Shown here: piece by piece, positions 7,366 to 21,613 of the stretch
Numbering within the stretch: the first letter of the stretch is position 1
Layout of the letters: every line of letters starts with the position of its first letter
Source: Candidatus Saccharimonadota bacterium
GTDB lineage: Bacteria > Bacillota_I > Bacilli_A > Mycoplasmatales > Hepatoplasmataceae
Length of the DNA: 32,000 nt
Assembly (NCBI GenBank): GCA_027925325.1
Contig: AP027133.1
Location: forward strand, 240,001 to 272,000
Direction of reading: 5' to 3'
Made by a program: the position numbers and the translations under genes
The notes under the pieces: generated by a model
What the model was told of the DNA's origin: nothing
What the model saw: the letters and a program-made list of their open reading frames with translations, nothing else
The model's database searches: none

Positions 7366-9588
7366 ATGGAAAAAAAAATAAATTTCAATAATAGAAAAAA
7401 TGATTATATAAATAATTTAAATCAATTAAAAACAAAAGTTTCAGTATCATTAACTGATTCGGCACATGTCCAAACTATAAATCCAGTATCTGAAGGAGGT
7501 GGATTTCAACAAGAAGTAAATGAAAATATTATAAAAAATCTTGATTCAATTATTGATGGCAATATTTCAATTACAACAAATACATCTTCTGTTAACACAA
7601 TTGATTATTCTTTGGAAGGTGGAACAACACAAGAAGAAGTTAACAAAACAAATAAACAAAATTTGAATAATTTATCAGATCAAATTGATGATCTTGTTGA
7701 GGGCAATAATCCAGTTAAGACAATTACATCTTTTATTAATACAATTGATTATTCTTTGGAAGGTGGAAAAACACAAGAAGAAATTAATAAAATTAATAAA
7801 GAAAAAATTGATAGTATAAATAATTTAATTGATGCAATTGATGATAAAATTAGTGATTCTAATTTAGAAATTAATACAAATAAAATTAATGCGACAAATA
7901 TTACTTTGGAAGGTGGAACAACACAACAAGAAATTAATATAAGAAATAAATCTAATTTTGAAACAATAAATTCTGAAATAACTGATCTTAATGATAAAAT
8001 TGATGATCTTGATTTTCTTGATGGTGATATTAATACTTCATCAGTAAAAGCAATTGATACTCTTTTAGAAGGAGGAGTATCACAAAAAGAAATAAATGAA
8101 ATCAATAAACAAAACATTGATAACATAAATATTACAATTAGTGATCTTGATTGCAAAATTGATGATATTGAATTAAAAACTGATACTTCTTTTGTTGATA
8201 CTGTAGATGGATTTTTTGAAGGTGGAACAACACAACAAGAAGTTAACGAATCTAATAAAGTAAGTATTCTTAAATTAGATTCTAAGATTATTTCAATAAA
8301 TTCTGAAATTACTGATCTTACTGAAAAAATTGAATGTCTCGAGTGTTGTTGTAATCAAGAGATTGATACTTCACTTGTTAGTACAACAAATTGTGATTTA
8401 GAAGATGGAAATACACAACAAGAAGTAAATCAAAATAATAAAAAAAGTATTGATAATTTAAATAATCAAATAGATACTATTGATGATTCAATTATAGATA
8501 TTAATAGTATTATTAATTTAAATAATCTTGATGATCCTATTCCTCAAACTGGAGTTGCTGATGCAATTAATTATATTTGAGAAAAAGGTCAAATTAATTT
8601 GAATAATTATTATACAAAAGAAGAAGTTGATTTATTATTAAATCAAAAAGAAAAAGATTATAATGATAAATTGAAAAATTTACAAATTCAAATTGATCAT
8701 TTGTTTATTTGTACAAAATGTAGAAGTTTAAATCCAATTGCAATGATTCAAAACATTGTTCCGATCAATGTTACAGCAAATGGTGGTGAAGATGGTTTAA
8801 TCTCTTTTGCTGTAACTATTAGTAATTTTAAAGGTTTACCAACAGCAAGATTAAATCCAGCCGTTAATAATACTAACATTACTTTAAGTGATGGTGAAAA
8901 CGCTGATTTAGTCTTTGATTTATTACCTGCAGGAAATTATAGTATTGAGATTTATGATGATGAAACTTTAATTAATAGTGAAAATGGTATCACAATTAGT
9001 GAACCGGCTCCGTTACCGGAGGCGGTATTTGAAAATGTTATTGCAACTGATGTAACAGAAAATGGCTTAAGTGATGGTTTAATTTCTTTTGATGTAACTA
9101 TTAGCAATTTTGTTGGCACACCGACAGCAAGATTAAATCCAGCTGGTGATACACAAAACATCACTCTAAATGATGGAACAAATATTGATTTATTTTTTTA
9201 TTCTTTACAAGCAGGAAATTATAGTATTGAGATCTATGATGATGAAACTTTCATTAATAGTGAAACTGGAATTACAATTAATGAACCGGCTCCAACAGCA
9301 AAAGTATCATTTGAAAGCATTACTCCAACTGATGTAACGATAAATGACTTAAGTGATGATTCAATCTCTTTTACTGTAAATATTAGTAATTTTGTTGATA
9401 CAGCAATAGCAAGATTAAATCGATCCAGTGATACAGAAAATATCATTTTAAGTGATGGCGAAAAAATTGATTTAAGCTTTGATTCATTACCTGCAGGAAC
9501 TTATAATATTGAGATTTATGATGATGATATTTTAATTAATAAAGAAGAAATAATTATTGATAAAGTGGAACCGCCTTTAATTTCTTAG
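7366..9588 (+). CDS. 740-aa fibre-like repeat protein with the same architecture as the giant gene but a short stalk and three Ig-like modules. It is a single gene under table 4.
   Basis: ORFs 7366..8580 and 8599..9588 are both in frame 1. They are separated only by TGA 8578..8580 (Trp) and gaa aaa ggt caa att aat, with no TAA or TAG between them. The joined sequence reads ...GVADAINYIWEKGQINLNNYYTKEEVDLLL... The N-terminal ~330 aa are collinear with the giant protein. CxxC lies at 8710..8721, followed by three ~94-aa modules. Confidence 0.85.
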
Positions 9589-9609
9589 AAAATATAATTT
9601 TTAATAGAT

Positions 9610-10025
9610 ATTTATTAATTAAAATATTTAGGTAAATTAAATTTTAATAAAAATAATTATAATGATTCAAATGAGTTAAAAATAAAGGCTTCAGTATTAT
9701 TAACTGATTCTTCGCATGTTCAAACTATAAATAAATTATCAGAGGAAGTGGATTTTTGAATAATTAAATGGAAATATTAAAAAATTTAAAAATTCAAATT
9801 GATTATTTATTTTTACAAAATGTGAAAGTTTAAGTCTAATTACAATAATCCAAAACATTTTTTAATGAATATTAAAATAAATTATGACAAATATAATTCA
9901 ATCTTTTTTGATGAAATATTAGTAATTTTAAGACTTACTTATAACAAATTAAATCTACGATGATGATACTTTAATTAATATTTAAAAAGCATCATAATTA
10001 TTTAGTCATTTCCAGCACAAGAATA
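9610..10025 (+). pseudogene. Decayed, internally deleted fossil of a further fibre-protein gene copy
   Basis: The region matches successive landmarks of the 7313..9588 unit in order. First comes the 5' leader (attaattaaaatatttaggtaaattaaa vs attaattattaaaatatttaggaaaattaaac). Next is the N-terminal motif (ttaactgattcttcgcatgttcaaactataaat = LTDSSHVQTIN). Then the CxxC junction (aaaaatttaaaaattcaaattgattatttatttttacaaaatgtgaaagttta vs 8674..8730). One Ig-like module remnant follows (attagtaattttaag..., gatgatgatactttaattaat, ccagcacaagaa). Multiple stops are present and all stalk repeats are lost. Confidence 0.75.
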
Positions 10026-10195
10026 AATATTTGAAAAACTTTAATTAAATTTATAAATAAATATAATAAATTTAAAAATAAAAATGATTTTAAAAGAGAA
10101 TAATTTTATAAATTTAATGAAATTATTTATAATTGAATTATCAATAAATTCTTTATATTAATTATAGGATTTAATTTTGCTATTTTAGTTCGAAT

Positions 10196-12862
<2,667 letters not shown>

Positions 12863-12881
12863 AAAATAAAAGGAAAGATTT

Positions 12882-14648
12882 ATGAGTTCGAAAACAACAA
12901 AGAAATCACAATCCAGTCCTAGTCAATACGGACTTCTTACTTTAATTGCAATTATTGTTGGAACGGTGATTGGATCAGGTATTTATGTAAAAAATGGTTC
13001 ATTAGTAGAGCAATCACAATCAATTATTTTATCAACAATCGGTTGAATAATTGGTGGTCTAATCGTTCTTTCGATGCTTATTGCATTTATTGAAATTATT
13101 TCAATTACTAATAAAAGAAAAGAGCAAGGAACTTTTACGGCTTGAAGTAGATATCTCTGAGGCGAAAAAACAGCAAAATTAATTGGAGGATATTTTTTAT
13201 TTATCTATTTTCCCTTAATAATTGCTTCTGAATCAATTTTTGTCGGAAATGAATTTTATCTTATTTTTTATCCTAATGGAACTGGAGGAAATGAATTAGG
13301 ATGATTTTTCATTATTTCAATTATTGCTTTGCTTGTAATTTTATTTGCTTTTTCAATTACCATTTTTACAACAAAATCCGGAGAAGTTATTCAATCATTT
13401 GGGACAATTACAAAAGTTTTACCATTGTTTTTTTTATTGGTATTATTATTTGTATCATTGGGTTTAAACGGTAATTATGATAATACACTTATAAATGATG
13501 GTGCATTTGATCCTAACTCGGATGTAAACACCGGACTTAGCCAAAATGGTTTTTATCATTTACTACTTATTTTACCGGCTATTTTATTTGCATTTGATGG
13601 ATTTTTATTTGCTGCTTCTCTTTCAACAGAAGCAAAGAGTCCTAAAACTTACAAAAGAGCTTTAATTATTGCAGTATTTTTTATTACCGCAATTTATCTT
13701 TTATTCTCAATTTCTTCTTTTTTATTAGGAGATGGGAATGGATCAGAAAGTAATTATGCAATCAATGGAATTATTGTTTCAATATTTACAAAATTTGGTC
13801 TAGAAACGTTAGGGAATGATTTACAAATAATAATAACTGTTGTTTTAATGATTTCGATTACAACAGCTGTATTTGGGTATTCTCTTTCATCGATGTGAAC
13901 TTTATCTGATAGTTCAAACCTTGATGAAATTGTCGATAAAGATGGTTTGATGATTAGAAGAAGTTATAAGGGAATTCCAACGATGGCAGGAACAAAAATG
14001 CTTATTTATTCTCTTATTGCTCTTCTTGTTATGCGCCTTCTTGATGGGATTTTTATTTTAGTTGTTGCTAATAATCCTTCAACAATAGGGATGACCGATT
14101 ATATGTCAAATTTATTTACATTAACAAATTTTGTTATGTATTCATTTATTATTATCGGTGCAATTTCGAATCGATTTATAAACAAAGTCGAAACAGAAAA
14201 GCAAAAAGGATTTATGATTTGTGCTTTCTTTGCTGTTATTATGATTTTATTATCTGTTTCATCTTTAATTTATTCTTTAATTGATGGTTTATTTATTTCT
14301 AAAGCTGAAGATGCTATTATTTTAAAGACAATATCTATTGTTATTTTTATTGTTGCTATTTTTGCTGTTTATTTATTTAATTATTGACATACTAGAAAAA
14401 AAGTTTCGCAAAATAAAAAATATAAAGAATTTTATAAATATGCTTATAATAATAAAATTCCCTTTTTAGAATATTTAAATGAGCAAAAAAAATCACAGAA
14501 GCAATTAATTAAATATAATAAGACAAAAGAAATGAGCTTTAATCAAAAGGTTTCTGGTCATTTAAAAAAACAGAAAAAATTATGAAAAGAGATGTGAATT
14601 GACTTTAAAAAATGAATTAAGAATATTTTTCATAAAAAAGGTAAATAA
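12882..14648 (+). CDS. Amino acid (APC-superfamily) permease
   Basis: The 588-aa frame-3 ORF joins 12882.., 13329..13898 and 13947..14387 through TGA codons. It has multiple hydrophobic helices, an N-terminal LLTLIAIIVGTVIGSGIY motif typical of APC transporters, and a basic C-terminal tail. GGAAAG lies upstream of the ATG. Confidence 0.8.
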
Positions 14649-14760
14649 AATAAATAATTTTTTAATTTTAAAAAAATAGTTTATTATATAAATTATTGTA
14701 TTAATTTTTTAAGACTGCAGATTAAAAATTGCATTAAATATATAAAATTTGGGGTTTTAA

Positions 14761-17103
14761 TTGATTAATTTGATGAAAAAATTTGTTTTTAATATTTTTT
14801 CTTTATTGATACTTGTATTGGGTCTTTCTATTGGCCAAATTGGGATAAATTTAAATCTAGATAATGATGAAAATTCATTTAAAACATATGATAATAATCA
14901 AAGTGATATTGATCAATTATTAGTTGGTTTAAATCAATCTTTTTATGTTGATCCTAATACTAAAACACTTTATCAAAATGATTATGATTTAACACTTTTG
15001 GCAAGTCCTGATAATTCTAATAATTGGGTTGAAAAAGACTTAAATTCCAATTTATTTATGCAAGATTTTAGCTATAATATAGATACAATTACCTATGATT
15101 TAAATTTTGAATTAGATACAAAAAATAATTGAAATACAAATTTTTATTTGCGTGCTGATGATTATTTATTTATTACTTATTTTACAAGTAAAAGTGATTA
15201 TGATTATCTTTATTTTAAACTTCCAGAGGAGATAAGCACAGTAGAAATTGCTGATTTTGGATATGTAAATAATCAATTTATTGTTTTATTTGCTAATGGC
15301 GATTTTACCTTGGGAGAATCTTTTTTTGAATATGATCAAGATAATAGTTTATATTCTGATTTTAAATATTTAAATGCTGGTAAAATGATTGATTTAGTGA
15401 TGACTGATACTTATTTATTTGCGTTATCAGATCAGGGGGCAATTTATCAATATGGAGTAGATATTTTTAATGTCTTAAGTTTTGAATCAAATTTAGATCA
15501 ACCATTAATTGTATATTCTTATGATCAAAATTTAGATCAAGGATATTATTATACTTATAAATCAAATCGTAATCAAGCACAAAATATTAGTCTAATTAAT
15601 GGTTATGCACTTGAACTATCAATCGAAGTTGACAGTAATTCTTCTAGTGATAATAATTTAATTATTAAAACAGATCGTAATTTTTATCAAATTTATTATT
15701 ATAGAAATTATTTTATTACAGTTGATCAATTTTTTAATGAAGATAACTATAATGTAAATTCTTATAGTATTAAAGAAAATCATTTTAATGATTCAAAACT
15801 TTATGCGATTAATACTTTAAATCCTGATAATTATCTTTATATTACAAGTATTAATGATTTTTCAGAAATTTCATTACAAATAATTGATTTTAATTTATTA
15901 ACTGATATTAAAAATACCTCAATTGATGGTTATTCATCTCCAATTTATCAAAAAGAAATTATTAATTTTGCAGAAACAGAATCACCAGATGTTTATTTAA
16001 TAAAAACAAATGATGATTTGGAATATTTGATTAAATTAATAATAGAAGATCAAAATATTATATATTATGAAGTTACAACTTATAATTGAATTGATAAATT
16101 AGAAGAAAGTAATTTTAGCGGAAAGATACGTTTAGTATCACAAAATCAAACATCAGTGGAATTTGAAGTTGTTGATACTAAAATAAATAGTGACAGATCT
16201 TTAGAAGATGCAAATTTTGCGATTAAAATTAATAATGTATTAGTTGATGATTCTTATTATACTTTAAAATTTGAAGGAATTTATTATGATCAAAATAATA
16301 CTTTAAGTTATCATTTTAAAGTCAATTTTGGATTAGCAAGTTCAAATTCCTTGATTTATTTTGATCAGGTTGAAATGTATAATCAAAGTAACCAATTAAT
16401 TTCAAAAAATACTAATTATATGTCTTATACTGAAATGCAATCAGCAATTATAAAACAAAATAATAGTTTTGAAATTATTGAAAATAGTCAAGATGATAGT
16501 GATACTAGTTTTTACTTTACAATTTCATTTTTAGTAACCGGTGATTATAATTTTGCAAATGATGATGTTGTTTCCTTGAATGCTTTAGAAGATGTGAATG
16601 GAGTTACAAAAAATGTTAATTTAGATACAACTTATGTTAAGTCAATTCAAAATGTAGATTCTCAAACTCCTTTTGGTGAAGTAAATAAGACTTACGAATA
16701 TGAAGTTAATAATTTAGATGAAGAAGCTGTTTATAGTAATTTTAATTTAATTGTATCTCAACCCAATGTTATCGGTGATGTCCAAACAGAAACATTTGCT
16801 TTAAATACAAGTGCTCAATTTATTAGTGGAGGAAATTCAGCTTTTCCAATTACAGCATATATTTTATTAGTGGTATTTATTTTATTATTTGTAGTTATCT
16901 TTGCTTTTTATTATTTAAATTATGTTTATAATAAAAAATCAGCAGAAAAAATTGAATATACTTTTGAAAATTGAAATAATCTTTCTGATCTTGAAATTAA
17001 TAAAAATGATAAGACAATTAAAACAGAAGAGTACAATCCCGGCACTATTCATAGAAAAAATGATCACGATCAAGATATAAAGCAAAAAAACAACAAAAAT
17101 TAA
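14761..17103 (+). CDS. Large (about 780 aa) secreted or tail-anchored surface protein: N-terminal signal-like helix, Tyr/Asn/Asp-rich ectodomain, C-terminal TM helix and a ~55-aa charged tail
   Basis: ORFs 14761..15132, 15148..16089 and 16156..16974 are all in frame 1 and joined by TGA codons. The frame continues to TAA 17101..17103. The N-terminus is (MINL)MKKFVFNIFSLLILVLGLSIGQ with no Cys. The TM helix is FPITAYILLVVFILLFVVIFAFYYL. The start is either TTG 14761 (GGGG 7 nt upstream) or ATG 14773. Confidence 0.8.
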
Positions 17104-17140
17104 AATAATTTATAATTTTATTAAATTTGAATAATAAATT

Positions 17141-17854
17141 ATGCACCGTTTTTTTATCGACCAACAATTTGAAAATAATATAATAAATCCATCAAAAGAA
17201 ATCCTTCATCAATTGATAAAAGTATTAAGAATCAAAAAAAATGAAGATTTTATTGTGATTCAAAATAAAAAGGAATACCTTTGCAATTTAATTAATAATC
17301 AAATAATTTTAAAAAAGAAGCTAATTAAACAAAATTATCAAAAAGAAAATGAATTAATCTTAGTTCAAGGAGTTCCCAAAAGTAATAAATTATCATTTAT
17401 TTTACAAAAATCAACAGAAATTGGTGTTAAAAAAATCTATCTCTGAAAAACAGATTATTCTAATATTTTATTTGCTGATATTTTAAAAAAAGATCAGAGA
17501 TTTAAAAAAATATTAAAAGAGGCAGCAGAGCAATCAAATAGAATTGATTTTCCTGATATTTCTTATATCGATAAATTAGAACAAATAGAATTTAAAGATG
17601 ATGATTTATTATTTGTTTTTTATGAAAAAGCCGATCCAATCAAGGAAAATTTTAAAAAATATTTTTTTAAATTATCTAATTCAAATAAATTTAAAAGAAT
17701 AATTATTTTTATCGGTCCAGAAGGTGGATGAAGCGAAAAAGAAATTAATTTACTAAAGTTAAAAGATGCTAAATTAGTTTCGATGGGAGAAAATATTTTG
17801 CGAACAGAAACAGCAGCTATTGTTGCACTTGCTTTAGTGAAATATTTAATTTAA
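17141..17854 (+). CDS. rsmE: 16S rRNA (uracil1498-N3)-methyltransferase RsmE
   Basis: 237 aa under table 4. It has the MHRFFI N-terminus, GPEGGWSEKE (W = TGA 17729..17731) and MGENILRTETAAIVAL, all typical of the RsmE family. Confidence 0.9.
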
Positions 17855-17859
17855 TAAAT

Positions 17860-19155
17860 ATGAAAAATATAACATTTATAGATGAAGCTAAAATTAAAAT
17901 AAAGGCTGGAAATGGTGGCGATGGAAAACTTGCATTTCATCGAGAAAAATATGTTGAACGAGGAGGCCCTTCGGGTGGCAATGGCGGAAATGGAGGCTCA
18001 ATATATTTTAAGGCAACAACAAATTTAAATACCCTTTTAGGTTTTCGGGGTAAATCAATTTATAAAGCTGAAAATGGACAAAATGGCGATATTAAAAATA
18101 TGACCGGAAGGAATGGAAAAGATTTTTTTATTTTAGTTCCGATTGGAACAGAAATAATTTTAAATGAGCAAAAATTAATTGATCTTACCTATAATAATCA
18201 GATAATTATTGTTGCAAAGGGTGGAAAAGGCGGAAGAGGAAATGCTTCTTTTAAATCTTCTAAAAATAATGCACCTACAATTTATGAAAAAGGCGAACAA
18301 ACAGAATTTATCGAAGTTATTCTAAATTTAAAATTACTCGCTGATGTCGGATTACTGGGATTGCCCAATGCGGGAAAATCAACTTTAATTTCGGTTATTT
18401 CAAATGCAAGACCAAAAATTGATAATTATCAATTTACAACATTAAAACCACAATTAGGTGTTGTAAATTATAAAAATAATAATTTTGTAATTACTGATTT
18501 ACCAGGTTTAATTGCCGGTGCGAGTCAAAATAAAGGGATGGGAATTGAATTTTTAAAACATCTTACAAGAACAAAAATTTTATTGCATTTAATTTCAGCT
18601 GAAGAAAAAGATTTATTAAAAAATTATCGATTAATTAGAAAGGAAATTTCGCTTTATTCAAAAAAATTAGCAAAAACTCCAGAAATTATCGTAATTACAA
18701 AAATGGATATTCTTAATAAACAACAAAAAGAAATAATTAAAAACGCTTTTTCAAACAAAAAAATATTTTTTATTAGCGCAATTAAGCATCAAGGTTTAAA
18801 TTTATTATTACAAGAAATTGTTGATAATCTTAATAATATAAATAAATTAAGACAAATTGAAAATGATAAATTTTTAAATAAGGAAACAGAAGAATTTATT
18901 TATCATAAATATCAAAAAGAATCAATTGAATTTGAGATTGTCAAAAAAGATAATACTTGAATTATTAGTGGTAAATATCCTAAATATTGAGCTAATAGAA
19001 TTCCACTTACAACATATGAAAATTATTTAAGAATTATTAAAAAATTTGAAAATAAAGGAATTATTGCAGAATTAAAAGCAAAAGGTTTAAAAGAGGGTGA
19101 TATTATTACCGTAAAAGATACTTATTTTACGGTTGAATATCAAAATAACTTTTAA
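17860..19155 (+). CDS. obg: GTPase Obg/CgtA
   Basis: 431 aa. It has the Gly-rich Obg fold (AGNGGDGKLAFHREKYVERGGPSGGNGGNGGSIYF), G1 GLPNAGKST, G3 DLPGLI, and a C-terminal extension read through TGA at 18958 and 18988. Confidence 0.95.
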
Positions 19156-19223
19156 ATTTAAAAAAAATATTTTATAATAATATTTATATTTGTATAATTT
19201 GGTAATATAAAATTTATTACATT

Positions 19224-19826
19224 ATGGCACAACAAAATAAAGTAAAAATTAAACAAGAAGATCGTATTTCAATTAAAAATATAATTGATGATTCTAATCC
19301 CAAATTACGTGAAATTTCATTTGATGTTCCTTATCCACTTTCAAAAGAAGATAAACTTATAATGCATCAAATGATTGATTATGTTCGTAGTTCTGTTGAT
19401 CCCAATCGTGATCAAAATGACAAAAGAGAGTTAAGACCAGCTTATGGAATTAGTGCTATTCAATTAGGATATCCTAAAAAAATGCTTTTTATCCATGTTC
19501 CAAATGAATTTGGAAAAGAACCAGAAGAATTTGCACTTGTAAATCCAAAAGTAATTCAATATACAGATAAAAAAGCATATCTTGCAGGTGGAGAAGGTTG
19601 TCTTTCTGTTAATGCCAGTCATCCTGGATATGTATTAAGAAGTTACGGTATTAAAATTGTCGCAATTGATTACTTTACTGATCGTGAAGTGGAGATTGAT
19701 GCAAAAGGATTAACGGCAGTTGTTTTACAACATGAAATAGATCATCTTTTAGGAATTTTATTTTATGATCGAATAAACAAATTACAACCATTTATTTTAA
19801 TTGACAAAAAAGCAATTAAATTGTAA
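19224..19826 (+). CDS. def: Peptide deformylase
   Basis: 200 aa with the three PDF motifs GISAIQLG, EGCLS and QHEIDHL. An extended -10-like tgtataat lies at 19191..19198. Confidence 0.95.
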   Translation: MAQQNKVKIKQEDRISIKNIIDDSNPKLREISFDVPYPLSKEDKLIMHQMIDYVRSSVDPNRDQNDKRELRPAYGISAIQLGYPKKMLFIHVPNEFGKEPEEFALVNPKVIQYTDKKAYLAGGEGCLSVNASHPGYVLRSYGIKIVAIDYFTDREVEIDAKGLTAVVLQHEIDHLLGILFYDRINKLQPFILIDKKAIKL

Positions 19827-19869
19827 AAAATGATATTTTTGTAAATTAACAAGATGAAGGAGTTTTAAA

Positions 19870-21576
19870 ATGAATGATGAGGATAAAAACGAATCATTCC
19901 AATTAGATATTAAAAAAATTCCACCGATGTATGTTTATGCATTAGGTGGATTAGGCGAAGTTGGAAAAAATATGTATATTGTCGAGCAAGGGAATGAACT
20001 TTGAATCGTCGATTCAGGGATTATGTTTGCGGCAGAAATTAGTGTTGAAGGTATCATTCCTTCCTTTGAATGATTAGAAAAAAATCAAAAGCGGATTAAA
20101 GGATTAATTATTACACATGGACATGAGGATCATATCGGTTCAATTCCTCACCTTTTAAGTTTGGTTTCAATTCCAAAAATTTATGCTGGAAGAATTGCAG
20201 CTAATCTTATATGATCAAAATTAAGTGAAAGACAGGTTCCAAGACAAAAGATTGATATTATCAATAATAAATCAGTCATAAAGACTTTAAATTTCAAGAT
20301 TGATTTTTTTAATGTTAATCACTCTATTCCAGATTGCTTCGGTGTTAGATTTAAATCAAGACATGGAACCGTTGTTACGACAGCTGATTTTAAATTTGAT
20401 TTTACTCCTGTTGGTGCAAAAGCCGATCTTTATAAAATGGCTTCATTTGGAAACGAAGGAGTAACTTTATTATTATCTGATTCAACAAATGCCCAATCAG
20501 AAAAATTTTCTGTTTCAGAAAAAGTTGTTGCCCAGAATATCGATAATATTGTGAGCAAAACAAAAGGAAGAGTTATCGCTGTTACCTTTGCTTCTAATGT
20601 ATTTCGTGTTCGAGAGTTAATTAAAATTGCGATGAAATATAAGCGTAAAATCGTTGTTTTTGGTTATTCAATGGATAAAATAATTAAGATTTCACGAAAA
20701 ATAAAATATATAAATCTCGATGAAAATATAATAATTGATACAAAAAATATGGACAAATATAAAGAAAATCAATTATTTATTATCTCAACTGGAACACAAG
20801 GAGAACCAACTGCTGCACTTACAAAGATGTCTGATGGAAGACACAAAGAAATTCATGTCAATGAACGAGACACGATTATTTTTGCCTCTAGTGAGATTCC
20901 AGGGAATTATTTAAATATTGAACATGTTATTAATAATTTAATCAAAAAAGGGGCTAAAATTATCACTAACCATAATTATCCTGGCGTTCATGCTTCTGGT
21001 CATGGAGGAATGCAAGAGCAATTACTAATGCTTAATCTTTTAAAACCTTTTTATTTTTTTCCTATTCACGGAGAAACGGTTATGCAGGTAAAGCATGCTA
21101 AAACAGCAATTGCTGCTGGAATTAAAAAAGAAAATATTTTTATTATTCCTAATGGTCGCAAGTTAAAAGTTTATCATGGTAAAGTGACTCTTGATGATTA
21201 TGTACCAACAGATAATATTTATATTGATGATACGAATTTAAAAGGTCAATCATCAAAAGTTATCACCGATCGTAATTCAATGAGTGAATTTGGAGTGGTT
21301 GCGATTACAGTTGGAATTAATTCAAAAGAAAATAAGATAATTATAAATCCTGAACTTACAAGTTATGGAACGATGAATCAACAAAAAAATCGTAATTTTA
21401 TTACACAAATTGAAAACAAAGTTAAAAACAATCTTGATCTTTATTATCGTAGTAAAGAACGGATAACATTTAATAATATTAAAGAAATTATCCGTAATTC
21501 AGTCCGCGATGAAATTTATCAAAAAAGAAAAACATCTCCGATCGTTATTCCGATTGTTTTAAATTGCAATTTTTAA
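19870..21576 (+). CDS. rnj: Ribonuclease J
   Basis: 568 aa in frame 1, starting at ATG 19870 after GAAGGAG. Motifs seen: [17 protein letters not shown], the metallo-beta-lactamase motif [13 protein letters not shown], and later HASGHG and the beta-CASP region. Several in-frame TGA codons are present. Confidence 0.92.
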
Positions 21577-21613
21577 AAAATATAAAATTATTAAAAAGGT
21601 AATATTATAATTT

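Noticed and set aside
7370-7378. A poly(A)9 tract immediately after the start codon of the 740-aa fibre gene, as a slipped-strand phase-variation switch
   Set aside because: Runs of the same length occur in ordinary housekeeping genes here, for example A9 at 14485..14493 in the permease. The tract is therefore not distinguishable from the A+T-rich background, but it is worth a look in read pileups.
1156-9446. Many minus-strand ORFs inside the fibre genes (1156..1740, 1843..2418, 4417..4617, 5389..5775, 5845..6057, 6127..6339, 6409..6621, 6707..6892, 7749..8156, 8952..9164, 9234..9446)
   Set aside because: These are antisense shadows of the long + strand repeat ORFs. Their periodic recurrence simply mirrors the sense repeats. 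Their products are low-complexity (Ser/Phe/Ile-rich) with no start or RBS context, and the sense frame is open for 6.3 kb.
8599-9588. A separate 329-aa gene starting at TTG 8599
   Set aside because: It is in frame with 7366..8580 and separated from it only by a TGA, which is Trp in this genome. The fused product matches the giant gene's architecture.
1-10025. Prophage or tail-fibre module interpretation of the fibre-gene cluster
   Set aside because: No other phage genes (integrase, terminase, capsid, tail tube, baseplate, lysis) occur in the window, and the cluster abuts ileS directly. The tail-fibre-like sequence features are kept only as a structural analogy.
10026-10195. T-box riboswitch leaders upstream of ileS (and of trpS, 21577..21613)
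   Set aside because: I found no conserved T-box sequence (AANNNGGGTGGTACCGCG-like) and no G/C-containing stem structures. The trpS spacer is only 37 nt.
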